From: Trichinella spiralis
Taxonomy: Eukaryota
Length of the DNA: 64,000 nt
Assembly: GCF_000181795.1 (NCBI RefSeq)
Contig: NW_003526943.1
Location: 1,545,647-1,609,646 of the forward strand
Direction: 5' to 3'
The position numbers and the translations under genes were made by a program. Below, in pieces: positions 1-13,139 of the stretch (position 1 is the stretch's first letter; every line of letters begins with the position of its first letter). Under the pieces are notes generated by a model. The model made no database searches. It was not told where the DNA came from and saw only the letters and a program-made list of their open reading frames with translations.

Positions 1-257
1 GAATTCACTTTAATCACTAAAGTGAAATGCGTTGTTCATAATTTAAATAATTTAGAAATAAATGGCTTTAAATTGTCGTTTATTTTCTAGTTAAAACAAT
101 AGAATAAAAGCGTTTATTTGTAACTTGTCTATTGATGTCACTTTCCGTAAACTATCCGGCAGATTTATCAAATCAGCAATAGTTTTATTAAATCACCCTA
201 CAGCACAGCAACAGACATGTGTCCTCTTTTGCCAATTTTTTTGCCCTTTTATTTCCA

Positions 258-830
258 AATTTACCCTATGGTCTAGCGGCTGACGCCTGCTACATTCAAC
301 CTTCAAACAACATTGCAATCATCCTTTCCATTTGTTATTGACCCCTGATTGTTCCATCAATTTCTATGAGCGCCAACTACATTGTGAACAGTAGATGTCA
401 TTTCAGAAATTACGTAAAAATTCGCTATAATATATTGCTACTTTTCAGTTATTTATGTATTTCTCTAGCATTAGTCATTGTGTTGCTTCTTCGACTTCGT
501 TCCACTTCAGTAAATGCGATCCGTAATCCTCAACTGAAACATGAAGTGATCATCTCTCGTCAGACATTAGTCACTGCGGTGTTGGTTGCATTCTCACAAA
601 ATCTACTCACAGTGTTAAATTTGACAAGCATTCATTTATGGAAAGTACAAACCTATGAAGATTTATTTTGGCTTCCACATTGCATACTGCTGTCAAATTA
701 TGTGCCTTATTGGGCTGGTCCATTATTATATTATTGGTTTATTGGAAATGATGTCTCCCTTCAATTGGAATATAATAATAATAATAATAATAATAACTTG
801 CAAGCAACAAATTTTGAACCGATTCTGTAA
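258..830 (+). pseudogene. Degraded 7TM (serpentine/chemoreceptor-like) gene fragment, C-terminal helices
   Basis: Hydrophobic TM-like segments (LALVIVLLLRL; TLVTAVLVAFSQNLLTV; YWAGPLLYYWF). There is an in-frame TGA at 339-341 (CY*PL). The apparent intron at about 391-448 rejoins out of frame. Confidence 0.4.
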
Positions 831-922
831 ACGGAATTGCCATTCATCATATCGGTATATGAATTTGAAAAAAAAATAATACTTATTCTTTTATAAAATA
901 GTGCAGCTTTACTTAGCTCATT

Positions 923-2008
923 TTATTCGAATAACGGCAAAAAGCGGCGACGAACCAAGCATTCAATCAAACAGTAAACAATGTGACAAATGTAAAGCGA
1001 AGGATAAAACACGCTAACTGGCATCCAATCGTGTACAAGTGGTGGCTTTGCCCGAAAGCTACCCATGATCAAGATTGGAAAGAAAAATCCAAATATACAA
1101 CTGTTGACGAAAACGGAAGATGCCCAGGTAGTGAGCAAGCTGAGTGCCAACCCGAAGCCAACAAAATAAGGCCAGGATCGCTGTATCATCTTCAACCGAA
1201 CGCTGAACGTGACACCCTGACTTACCCAAACATACTCAAAAGCGTACATCGAGTAGAGAAGAGCAAGATGCATACAGCTGAGAATTTTGCTCACGCCTGG
1301 CAGCGGCACCAAACCGACCAAATAAGTTTGCAACAAGAACAAAAATTCAACTGCCATCGAAAGCAAAAAATCCGCTACATAAGAACTGTAAGATATTGAA
1401 GACGACGAAATGCCCACTGGTCGACGCTTGATCATTATGGCCTGGGCAATGTCTTGGCACCAGAACAGATTGATTATTCGAGTGATGAAAAACATTGGAA
1501 TTACCCAAGAAATTTGCAAAATAAAATACAACATCTCGGACGGAAAGCCGGACCAGCCGAACAAACGAAAACTGATCCAATTGATTATTGGAAAAATTAT
1601 ATAATGCAACAGAATAATGCAAAGCAGGTTCAAACCGGCCGACTGTACAATACGACGACCGAGCACCGACTTGCCGGAGCGTACTTTGTTCGAACTGGGC
1701 GCCGACCTCTGCTTCACTATGGAACGGCGGCGTGCCAAGACCGACATGTGCGTCCGGTCGGCATTCGACCGCTCTGCCGTGTTGCAGCTAACCAAACACT
1801 CCTGACCCCACACTGTCCAATTTGGAAAAGCTGAAACTGAATCTGTCAAACCTCGACCGAAGGCGCAAAATGCGCTCACTATTTCCGTATTCAAAGGCAA
1901 GCGTGTGGATTCACTGAAAAAAAATACATCACAAAGCAAACTTTGTTTTTTTCTCAATAAAAACAAACTCTGAAGAATATACTTTTTTTCGCCGAACAAA
2001 TTTTCCAT
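923..2008 (-). CDS. EI24: EI24 / etoposide-induced protein 2.4 (EPG-4) autophagy ER membrane protein
   Basis: Motifs FGRGLTDSV, WVIPMFFITRIINLFWCQDIA, LLYSMYAFEYVW and WPYFVGFG match the EI24 family. There is a probable in-frame 69-nt intron at 1914-1982. Confidence 0.9.
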   Translation of the reverse strand: MENLFGEKKYILQSLFLLRKKQSLLCDVFFFSESTRLPLNTEIVSAFCAFGRGLTDSVSAFPNWTVWGQECLVSCNTAERSNADRTHMSVLARRRSIVKQRSAPSSNKVRSGKSVLGRRIVQSAGLNLLCIILLHYIIFPIINWISFRLFGWSGFPSEMLYFILQISWVIPMFFITRIINLFWCQDIAQAIMIKRRPVGISSSSISYSSYVADFLLSMAVEFLFLLQTYLVGLVPLPGVSKILSCMHLALLYSMYAFEYVWVSQGVTFSVRLKMIQRSWPYFVGFGLALSLLTTWASSVFVNSCIFGFFFPILIMGSFRAKPPLVHDWMPVSVFYPSLYICHIVYCLIECLVRRRFLPLFE

Positions 2009-3302
2009 TTATTATTTATTCGCTTCTATGAAATGAACCCTGCCAAACAACTCGAACAATATACCATGAAGATGTTTGAAACTGGAACATTTTCCTCATT
2101 ACAACCTTGAAGGCAACAAAAACAACAATAGTTCATCATTTTCAACATTATAATTAACAACTTTGTGCAATGAATAAAAAAAACTTTTGGTGCTATCAAT
2201 CAAAAGCATAACGTTAATATACCAACGACGACTCTAAATTAAAAGCAATTCATTCACCTCTTTCCAATTATAAAAAAATTTTATTACTCAAGAAAATCAT
2301 TTGTAATTTATTCAAATTGACCACAAGCTACTTTAATCTATTAAGGCGCATAAAGTGAAATGGCCACATCGTGGGCTTATTGCATACCTGAAGTGCGTAT
2401 ACCATTCCAAACAAAACATTCCTTTACGTCTTTCGACAGCAGTTATGACTCAATATATCTAACAAATGGGAATTAATGCACAAACATTACACGATACAAA
2501 ACAACATGTAGAAAGCAAAAAAACTAAGAAAACAGAAAGCTTTCAACAAACACTTCACATACAGTCTGTTCACGTGACTTTCGGAAAATTAAGTACAATA
2601 TTCATTTAAATTTTCAAAAATTTACTATTCATTTATAATATTCAACTTCAAATAAATTTGTTAAAATTAAACTGATTTGTCAAGATTAAATGGTAAATTT
2701 TATATTATAAAAATGACGCACATGTTATATTATCTTATACATGATGAAAGATCACTGACAACAGAGACTAAAATTTCTGAAAGCTTATATTTTAGCTTAT
2801 GGAGCGATGATATTTTAGTATTATATTTATTTATTTACGATATTTATTTAGAATAAAACTGAACAGAAAGAAATTGCGAGCGTTGTAATCTTGAATAAAA
2901 ATGAAAATAAAAACTTTAAATAAAAGAAAAACAATAATTTTAATACATAATTTATCAAATTCTGATATTTTAATAATGAAGTTTATCGTACATAATTTAA
3001 AATTAGCTATTAATCGAAGAATTTAAAAAATATAATCGTTTTTTCCATTTATAATTCACTTTAATCGTCTAATTCAAAATTAGAAAGTAAAATCACAAAA
3101 AAATTTTAATTAATATTTAAAAAATAATTTTCAAAGCAATTATTTATCTGTTTATTATGAACTTTAGCAAACAGATGCACTTGGTTGTTTTCAAAATTCA
3201 ACTTGATTTACACTTACAATATACTGTAGCATGAAAATCAAAGTTACATTGTTGTCAGTTTAAATCATACTCTTATTAGTAGAGAAAGTAGAAGCTGATA
3301 AA

Positions 3303-5885
3303 ATGAGTTTCATGTCAACTGCCAGTATTTTTGGTGAGTCTACATATTTTTTATGATACATTTTTATTATTTTATGAAAATTTTATTATATAACTTTTAT
3401 GTTTAGCACTTTTTATTTTTATAAAGTTTACCATTATTCCTATTCATTATAATGGGATATTTGATCATTACATTTTTAGGTACTCCTATCACCACGACAT
3501 CCACAAGTGCAACAAATTTATTTGGTAATCTTAATTTGGTTTGCTTTATTGCTGTTTGTTGTGTTTCTGACTGTGCGATACTTTTAGGTACTCCCAGCAT
3601 TGTTACAAGTACTGGCGTCTCGAATTTTTTTGGTAAAATATTTTCTTAAAGTATTACATGATTTGTTCTATATTGAAAATTATAATTCTTTAGGTTCTGC
3701 TGGCCCCAATACTCCTAGTTTATTTGGTGATTTCATTTTTCAAACAGTACTATCATAATTTCATGTTCTTTATTGCACAGGTAATATTTTTCAACCTCAA
3801 GTTGCAAGCACTCCTGTGATCACTTCCACTTCAGCGACTACTGCTGGTTTGTTTAAATTTTGGCTATATGATTATCTGTTAAAAATGTTATTTAAATTTT
3901 AGTACAAATGCATTTTTTATTTTATTTATTTATCTTTAATGTGGTTATCTTGGCAATCATTGGTTTTAGATTACTTTCTGATTTATGGAAATGTTTAGGA
4001 ACAGATTTTTTTAGATTTTCATTTAAATCTGATTTTTAAACTCATTTTTTCATTGTTCTCTCTTATTTTAATTGCTTCTGTGATTTTTTCCATATTTGTC
4101 AATAGCAGTTCCATTTCCAAGTGTTACAACTGCCGCAAGTGGATTTCCAAATCTCATTGGAACTTCTGCTAATACAACTTCTTTTTCATTCGGTGGCTTT
4201 CCAACCGCAACTGCTTCAACTGCGGCTCCTACATTGAATTCTTTCGGATTAAGCAGTCAGACGAATGCACTTTTTACCACAACTCAGAGCTCGTTTGCAA
4301 CTTGCACCACTCCGACGACGGTTGTCGGTTTGGGAGGAGTACTCAGTTCTCTTTCTGGTTCTGGTGAAGGTGGAAAGTAAGCATAAAATATTTCTCAACT
4401 GAATTTATGTTCGACAATAATGATTTTATCTTTTTTTTTCATTTTTAGAATTGTCACACCAAAAGATAGCCCCGTTCCTAAGGAAATATTAGATTTGGTC
4501 AATTTGATGGCGTAAATATGATGTAATATTGTTTTTTGATTTATAAAATAATTTTTTTTCAGTTCAGAAGTGAAATCTAATCGTTTGATTTTTGATGAGA
4601 TATTAAATTTTGATCCAAGTCGATTAACTGAAATTGAGAAGAAAATAGAATATGTCAGCTCTGATCAAGTCAGATCGAATCATAGCACTTATGAAGTGGC
4701 CAGAGCTGCTCGAGCATTGCGAGCACAAAGTAGACATGTAATTTTTTGTTTGATTTCAATTTAAGTTGTAATTTTCTTTTTAAATTAAAATTTATTATAG
4801 GATTTAAGGCTTGCTGAAAATGCTCAACGGTTCAGAGAATCTGCCATTAGCTATGATCACAATGCCGTCATGAAGTTTGAAGATGTGTTTTCTTACATCT
4901 CTGCATATTGTATTATGTTCAATTTTTAGATATTTGCATGCTTTGTCCGAAACCTATGAATCACAAGTTCAGTCAATTTCTGACCACTTGGACTATTTAG
5001 AAAATTTGATGAATGGTAGTATGCAGCACAGTAGAACTCCTGAAGGTTGTTAATTAATGTTTTTTTTTGGAATTTTCAATTTTATCTTTTATAGCAATGG
5101 TGGCAAATATTTACAAAATGAACGACACTTTTAAAACATTGTCTGTTGAATTTTACAAAGTGCACGAAGATGCGAAAGTAATTTTAATGTACATTTCTTA
5201 TTTGACTGGTCAGTTAAATTTTTAAAGTTGTTTCAGATTGTTTCTATAAAATGAATTTATATTTTATTGTAAATGTATGAAGAATTTGAAATATCTGCCT
5301 TGATATTTAGTAGTTAAATAGATTGATGAAAGCTGCAAATCAAATTTCATATTTTAAAATAATAAAGAACATAAACGATCGGATGAAAAAAGACGAGTTA
5401 CATGTGGTGGTTGAATTATGAATGAAGTGATTTATTTATTTGTATTTTTATTTAGTTAGTAACCAAAAGACGTTATACATCGGTTGAAAATTTTCTCAAT
5501 AAAAGCGGGAAAATATCTGTTTATGAAAATATCAAAGGACCTAGCCCATTTCAGCCATCTACAAATGCTGCTTTGGTATCGTCAACTACTATTCTGAACA
5601 GGGCTCTTATGGGTAAAATTTGAATCTATAAAAAGTTGTAGAAAACTTTAATAAATCGATATTATTACATATCAGGTCGATCAAGCGCTTCTGTATTGGC
5701 GAAAACTTTTGAAAAAGAAGGAAAAGAACAAGGTTCATAATTTTGATTTTGTTTTTTCCCCTCTACCTTCTTAATTTCTATGTTTTGCAAAACTTTTATT
5801 AATTTGTAAAATTTTATTAGACTCGCCGCGGCTTTCCAAATCCAAAACAGGCTTCTTCGGTTTCAGCAGACGTGAATTTTTTTGA
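3303..5885 (+). CDS. FG-repeat nucleoporin, Nup58/p45-like (multi-exon)
   Basis: S/T-rich FG repeats in small 5' exons (3303-3333, 3480-3524, 3588-3632, 3694-3726, 3781-3846, about 4106-4377). These are followed by VVGLGG, a coiled-coil region, a GPSPF motif near 5538 and a GFFGF C-terminus. The 3' end is approximate. Confidence 0.72.
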
Positions 5886-6230
5886 ATTTTCTTTTTGTGT
5901 TACTTGATGGATTGCTTTCGATGAAGTAATAAGAATAAAACTTCACTGAACAGCTAGAAGTAATAATAAATAATTTCAAACTGTACATTTTTTTTGGTTC
6001 ATATTCATTAATTCTGGACTATTCGCACTTATGTTCAAGCATTTTTCACTCGTATTTTTTTCATGTTGACCAGATTCGATGGTTGATCAAATTATTTATG
6101 GTAGGTTATTGATAATTTTATATTCATTTTTTTAAATATAGCACACACAGTGATTGAACAATAACAAAATACTTTACTAAATTGCCTTATGAAATGGTAT
6201 ATGTTCGACATTATTGTCTCTTCACACATT

Positions 6231-6611
6231 TCACACACTTTCTTTTTTCACACCGTTTTCTTGCCAAACCTTTTCCAGTTCCCGATTTTTGTGCATCTCT
6301 AAAAGAATGTCAGCTCCGCCAATAAATTTTCCGTTGACAAAAACTTGAGGAATTGTTTGCCAGTCTGTGTAATCCTTGATACCTTGTCGAAGTGATTCAT
6401 CTTCCAGTACGTTATAAGCTTGAAAAGGCACTTCGTGCATCTTGAGAATTTGCACTACGAGGTTGCTGAAGCCGCACAACGGCTGTTCTGGAATACCCTT
6501 CATGAAAACAACTACTTTATGCGAGTTGACCAACTTTTCTACATCCGTTCGGCTCATACTTGAAAAGCAGTTGTGTAGTAATGTTCTGAAAGTCGGAACA
6601 GAGCGCCACAT
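6231..6611 (-). CDS. GLRX5: Monothiol glutaredoxin 5, mitochondrial
   Basis: VVVFMKG..PLCGFS active site, DWQTIPQVFVNG and FIGGADI. The ATG at 6611 (MWRSV) is preceded by a TTTCAG acceptor. Confidence 0.95.
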   Translation of the reverse strand: MWRSVPTFRTLLHNCFSSMSRTDVEKLVNSHKVVVFMKGIPEQPLCGFSNLVVQILKMHEVPFQAYNVLEDESLRQGIKDYTDWQTIPQVFVNGKFIGGADILLEMHKNRELEKVWQENGVKKESV

Positions 6612-8443
6612 TGTTTCTGAAAGATTACGAACGGACGTAAACCTTATTAAAAAATACACAACATTGATTGTTAAATTTATGAACAACAATTACAGAGAAT
6701 TATTATAATTATAAATTAATGTATTATTATAAAATTATATCAACACATAAGGAGAAAAAATATTTTCGTATCTGTGTTATGTTCAAATAAAAGGCCATAT
6801 AAGCATGGCACTGTAAAGGATCTTGATATTTTGTTCATACTCATTTCAGAACGAGTCGGCAAAAATTACAAAATGGCATGGAATAATAATGGAAAAGATG
6901 CAGTTAATTTGAAAAAATTACTTTGAATCATGCACTGTACTTATTATATCTTCTTTAATTTATTAAAGTAGTATATATATAACTCAAGATGTTGATAGTA
7001 AAAATTACAGACAATGATTTTCAGGTAAAATAACATTGAAATGATAATATTATATTTTAGCATGAAAAATTTTTTTATATACAATTACTGATAATGTTAA
7101 GTGCAGTGAATTTAAAAAATTGCATTAAAAAAAATAAGAGCAGCCATCATTCTCACTTGCATGCATTTTTCTTCTAACATGTGCATCTTTTCATTCATTA
7201 AATTTTCATCTCTGTAATTTAGTCTTAGTTATAGCAGGATGCTTTTAATATAGCAATTTCAATTTGCAGTTTTCAAACTATTTACATTTATGTGCAATTT
7301 TCAAATTATGCTTTTGTGCTTGCTTTATGTATTCAAACGTACAAGCGCTAATTCACTTTTCCTAGTAAGTGCGTCAACATTATGTTAAAATGATCAATGG
7401 AGTCAACATGTGATGGAATGAACTTTTCTAGAGTTTCATAATTTTAAATATTTTAAAGAATAAAAAGTAGATGAAAGTAGTAAAAAAACTGTAGTACAAT
7501 TCCTTTGTATATTTGGTGCATATTTCTATGCATTTACATTTATTAGGTGATGATTTATCATTTATAAAAAATTAACCAGCACATTAATATTAAGATTTTT
7601 TGTGACTTAATTCACAATGCATTACTAGTTGCCTTTTAATTGTACAAAAAATTAAGTCGTTTTGGATTCAAATTATTCTATTATTTTTTTCTGCTCTTTT
7701 TCCTACTTAATGTGATAATAACGTTATAATTCATCCATGAAATGTACTATTTATAAATCTTTCATTTAATTTTATAAGTTTAAAAATGAAAAAGTAAAAA
7801 AATTATTGAATATAATATATATATATGTATGTATAACAAAATAATTTTAAATAAATCTTTAGTTTTAAGCATCTGAAAGGCCATTTGATTCTTTTATATT
7901 GCCCTTTAGTAACTTTTTGTTTAAAAACAGGTATTGCATTAATAAATAATAATACCCTATAAATGCAAAAAGACCAATGTAAAAATGTGTAGAAAGCATC
8001 GAAGAAAAATGTTTTAATTTGCAGCAAGTGATTATGTGTTTGCACCTTTTTGTCTTTTATTATTTCTTAATTAAGGCTATATGATTATTATTTTAAAAAA
8101 ATATGTCGTTTACGCTTCAGCTGCATCATTTCTTTCATCACTTTTTATGCGTTTAACATTGTATATTCCACTTATTTCTTTCTATAAGTACAGTTAATCT
8201 GTAATTCGAAACTTTTTAGTGGAAATGCAAAAATTATGCTTTTGCCAATAATAAATATCATTTTGTTTTTTTTTTATTTTTTGACTTTTATTATAATTTA
8301 TAATTATATAAATTAACCAATTTATTAAAAAATTATTTTCAAATTTGACTGTTTTAATATATATAATTTGTCATATTAAAATGCTTAATAAACATTCCTT
8401 TTTTAATTACGTTCAGAGCAGTAGTGAATTAATCATAATATTT

Positions 8444-10507
8444 TTACTTAGAAAAGTGATAATATGTTGTTGTAGTAACTCCATTCTGTGTGACTGTGTA
8501 TTCGAGCGTTCCTTGCGTTCCGCTTGGTAAACTATCAATGTATTTTTCTGCAAAAATTCACATGTATTAAGCTATATTCATATGCATACATTTTAAGCTC
8601 TTAAACTTACGAACTGCTGGCGGATATTTTTGGTATGATGGAAATACTGGCTTTTGAGGAGTAGGTCTTGATCCAGTATATGGATATGTTGGTCTTGATC
8701 CACTAGATGGATATGTGGGTCTTGATCCACTAGATGGAGATGTTGGTCTTGATCACTAGATGGATATGTGGGTCTTGATCCACTAGATGGAGATGTTGGT
8801 CTTGATCCACTAGATGGATATGTGGGTCTTGATCCACTAGATGGAGATGTCGGTCTTGACCCAGTATATGGGTTAGTTGGTCTTGATGTAGTAGATAAAT
8901 CGACTGGCGAATCTTCTTTTGAAGCCCATTTTACAGTTCCTTCAGGAGAATTTTCAAGTTCTTTTGCAGCTTTATTTAACCATGTGACATATGATGGAAC
9001 TTTGGCATACACTCCGGGATAACCTTTTCTGGCGCATCCAGTACCATAACTAACGACACCGAATTGAACACTTTTCCCATTTTTCTTGCATATCAGTGGG
9101 CCACCAGAATCACCCTAAAATTCATCGTTTTCTATTTTATAAGAAAAGCAAAAAGGTGTAAACATATTTACTTGACAACTGTCTTTACCACCCTCCATAG
9201 CTCCAGCGCAAAAAGTAATAACTTCACTTCTCACATTTGCACAAGTTCCTTTCTTCATAATTTTGACATCAACTTGCTTCAAAGTATTAGAAGTAGTTCC
9301 ATTTTCTGAAAGATGAAATTGTAAAAGCATCTGGTTCAAGTGAAATAGTTGTTAATGCATGCATTCCTACCAGTCGTATCACCCCATCCGGTGACAACGC
9401 AAATATCTCCAGGAGTCAATTCTTCATTTGGTTCTGGCAAACAGACAGGCCTAGTATATTTATTATAATAAACAGTTTCTGCCAGGCGAAGCAACGCAAT
9501 GTCGTTTGTTGTCATCACAGGGTTCCAGTGCTGAACATAATAGGAAGTAATTGGTATGCGCTTTTTTTCTTTTTCATGCATTTTGATGTTGTGGGCACCG
9601 GTCACAACTGTAAATCTTGACGTTCTTGGATACATATTGCTAAAAATAGTAGATAATTAAAGCGCAGTTGATGATAAAAACTGCTGATAACATGAATTTT
9701 TAATTTGTTAAAATGGTTTCATTACTGGAATTAAATCAACGAATTTAGCATCAAATCTGTACTATTTAAGCAAATTCTGGGCAGTAGATGCAGGCGCAGC
9801 ATGCCTTCATTATCAGCTGAGCTAAAGGTACAGTCACGCTGAGGTCATATCAGTGAACATAACGCACGCCTAGCAACGAAGAACAAACTTCGACCTCGGA
9901 CTCATGAACTCACACAAAAACACGGATGCTGAGTAGAAATGATCATTCACATGACGCTTTCCTGTACTATTTTTATATTTTTTCTTTTGACTCTTCATTT
10001 TCGATAATTTATTGCATTTGTATAAGATAAATTACTTTGATGTAATAAAATCAAGCAAAAGAGTAAAAATTTACCTAGTAGTTATGCAGTGCGCGGCGGT
10101 AAGTACGAATCGAGTACCATTTGAGGGTTCACCGAAATGAACAAGACTACCACCGCACAAGCTGCTGTAGCCTCCCGTTTCTGACTTTAACAATTGAATC
10201 TGCCATGGATGTGAGTGTGGTCGTACGTCAGTTCCACCAACAATTCGACCAGATTTCCATATGTAGGGTTTAAAATGTGGCACACCGCATTCAAACTCCC
10301 CCTTAAATCAAAAGTTATATTTGAATATTATTTATTGCAATAAAGGGAAAATGATCAGTTCAGTTGAAATTATAATATTTCAGTTTGCATGTGTGTAAAA
10401 ACCATTCGATGAATTAAATGACTTACTAGTGATGGAGAAGCTGCGGATAAGAAGAGAAGAATCCAAGCAAAAGTCATTGAGGTATATTGAAAAAGACGTC
10501 TAATCAT
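8444..10507 (-). CDS. NBL1: Newborn-larva-specific trypsin-like serine protease (NBL1/SS2) with Pro/Ser-rich repeat tail; apparent 1-nt frameshift in this sequence
   Basis: Signal exon 10427-10507, then RIVGG, TAAHC, NDIALL and KDSCQ|GDSGGP (Asp189). The tail has SRPT(S/Y)PSSG repeats, and the last exon 8444-8547 encodes [33 protein letters not shown]. Confidence 0.9.
8661..8887 (-). repeat. 27-nt coding tandem repeat (about 8 units) encoding SRPT(S/Y/N)P(S/Y)(S/T)G
   Basis: Repeated GGTCTTGATCCACTAGATGGA(G/T)ATGT on the + strand. One unit at 8754 lacks a C. Confidence 0.95.
9757..9972. mobile_element. Putative ~194-bp insertion in an NBL1 intron flanked by 11-bp direct repeats
   Basis: CTGTACTATTT at 9757-9767 and 9962-9972 brackets a segment clearly richer in GC than the surrounding intron. 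Confidence 0.4.
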
Positions 10508-11636
10508 TTCGCAAATAAATATATATATATATATTGCAGTTTCTGACCACTAACTAACAAATAAACAGCAAATGTATGACGTGATACAATACTTTTGTGT
10601 GTAATTTTATGCATGCATGCAGCACACCTTTTAATGGCTACTGTTCGTATGGAATATCCTTTGTTTCATTTCTATTTGTCTTTGAAACAAAGCGGCACTA
10701 TAAAAGAAAAGTGCAAACAAATAAAGTAGATTCAGCAAAGCACATTTGAAAAAAATAATCATATTATAGTATTATGTATAAAATGCAGCAATTGTTGTTA
10801 GTTGCAGAAAAGCATACTTTTAACTTTGCTTATAATTTAAGAAAAAAAGAAATTTATTTGTATTTATATGCGGATTTTTCATTGTGAGATTAATACATCA
10901 TGTGTGTACATTAAATTTCTGTTTATTTACTGAATTAGAGATCTTTGATAAATAATAGGGAAAGATTCAGAAAGATTAAACGACAAAGATAAACAAAGTG
11001 GACTATTTCTGTGAGAATGTTGAATTAATTATTTCATTGATAAATGGCGTTCAATTTAGAACCATAATATCTATTATTAAGTGACGTCAGAATTGAATAC
11101 CGAAATTGACAAATTAAATTTATAAAGCAAACTTAGCTGTGTCAATGTTCCGGCGGCAGAATTAGCAACATTCTCAATTAAGATTGAAAAATTATTTATT
11201 GTTGCAATGAAAACGCTATTAAAAAACAAATTTGCATTAAAAATACAAATTTGTAAATTTAAAATGATTAACTTGTTCGGCCTTTTTTAAAAATAGTTGT
11301 AAATATTTTGGATATGAGCACAATCATCAACTTTAATTTTGTTGATGATAATCAATGTTCTGTTGATTATAATTATTCTGCTGATTATGTTGATTATATT
11401 GTTCATTATAATAAATAATCATTGAAAAAAAACTTCTATGCATTTGCTTTGATTTAATAAATTTTATTTGATAACACTTGCAACAATTTGTTTCTTTGTT
11501 TATTTTCATCTTTTAATTATATCATTCAACGGTTACTTACCTAAATACTTATAATTCCTGAAATTAAGTGTTTGCATACCTGCATTTTATTAGTTTTTTT
11601 ATATACTGTAAATGACACTTTGAAATTTAGAATGAA

Positions 11637-13139
11637 ATGTTATTTGCTTTGCGAAGATATTTTTGTAAAAACGGTTGTTTAAGCATTTCAGAGAAAGTAT
11701 TTTTCAGAGAAAATACTTCTCGTCTTTGTCGTCTTGTTGATTACGTGTTATCAGATCAGGCAAGCAAAAAATCGCCTAACAATGTTGCTGCAATGTCAGC
11801 ACTTCAACAAATGTACAGAAATATTCTGCTGAAAGAAAAATCACTGAATGAATTAACACAACTCATATCCGGTGGGGTGGTTTGTTTTAGTTTTTTGAAA
11901 ATTGAATTGTTTGAATTTTTAATTTTTTAATCTAGATGTAAGAGCAGATTCGCCGGAGAAAATCGACTTGGAACAGCAACGTGCAGCAGAATTGGAAGAT
12001 TTGATTAATTTAGAAGAGAAAATTACAGAACATTTGTTGTTTCAAGAGTATCGGGATAGCGAGGATGAATTGTTGCTCGAAATAGCACCTGGAATTGGAG
12101 GTACCGAAGCGAGTTTATTTGCTGCTGAATTATTGCAAATGTACTGCCAGTTTGCTGAATCCAAACGATGGAAGGTGGAATTTTTGCACATCGGTCAATG
12201 TGAAAAAGGTATTTTGTTTGTATATTTTTTTGTTGTTGTGTAATTTTTCACAATATTTTCAACGTTAGGTGGAATTCGCAGTGCTTCTGTGGCCATTGTT
12301 GGTCAGGGTTGTTTGAATTTTTTTCAATACGAAGGTGGCGTTCATCGCGTCCAAAGAGTGCCGATTACAGAACGGTCTGGACGTATTCACACTAGCACTG
12401 CTACTGTAACTGTTCTGCCAGTTCCTCGGGATTCTGAAATGGAAGACGTTAATTTGAAAGATATCAAAGTGCAGACTTTTCGATCCAGTAGTAAAGGTGG
12501 TCAGAATGTGAATAAAATTGAAAGTGCCGTACGTTTGACGCACATCCCGTCAGGTATTTGGTTTATCTTTTAATTTTTATGACAAGATTTGATATTGCTG
12601 AATATTGTTGTTTTGTGTATCTTTGTATGCAATTCTTGATTATCAGTTGTTTCATGCTGAATTGATGCTTCAGGAATACAGGTTGAATGCCAAGTAGAGC
12701 GAAGCCAAGAGATGAACAAGAAGAAAGCGATGCAACGATTGATAGCTTTAATTCATGAACAGAGCAAGCAGAAATTGCAAAGTGAAGTCGATCGTAAAAG
12801 GAAATTACAAGTAATAAATAAATAAATAAATAAATAAATAAAATGTATTTATTTTGGACCGCCCTTTACTGAATATTATTGTTCCGTTTGAATTTGGAGG
12901 TTGGCACTGCTGCGAGGTCGGAAAAAATTCGCACCTACAACTTCCAAGACGATCGTGTGACTGATCACAGATTGAAGAAAGATTTCCATCGCGTTGCTGA
13001 CATCATGCAAGGCATCACTTTGGAGCCGATCCTTTTGGATCTTAGACGCTTTGATCGAGAGGATCGTTTGCAAATTATGATTCAGATGATGGAAACCAGC
13101 GAAAAACACCGACAACTTTCCAATGGTAAACACAACTGA
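11637..13139 (+). CDS. MTRF1L: Mitochondrial peptide chain release factor 1 (class I RF), 5 exons
   Basis: [31 protein letters not shown] (PxT motif), [10 protein letters not shown] (GGQ) and [19 protein letters not shown]. The N-terminus resembles a mitochondrial presequence. Confidence 0.93.
12813..12843. repeat. (TAAA)n microsatellite in intron
   Basis: Direct reading. Confidence 0.9.

Noticed and set aside
8661..8887. Regular repeat array as a CRISPR-like structure
   Set aside because: The units are contiguous 27-nt coding repeats without unique spacers, in a eukaryotic gene.
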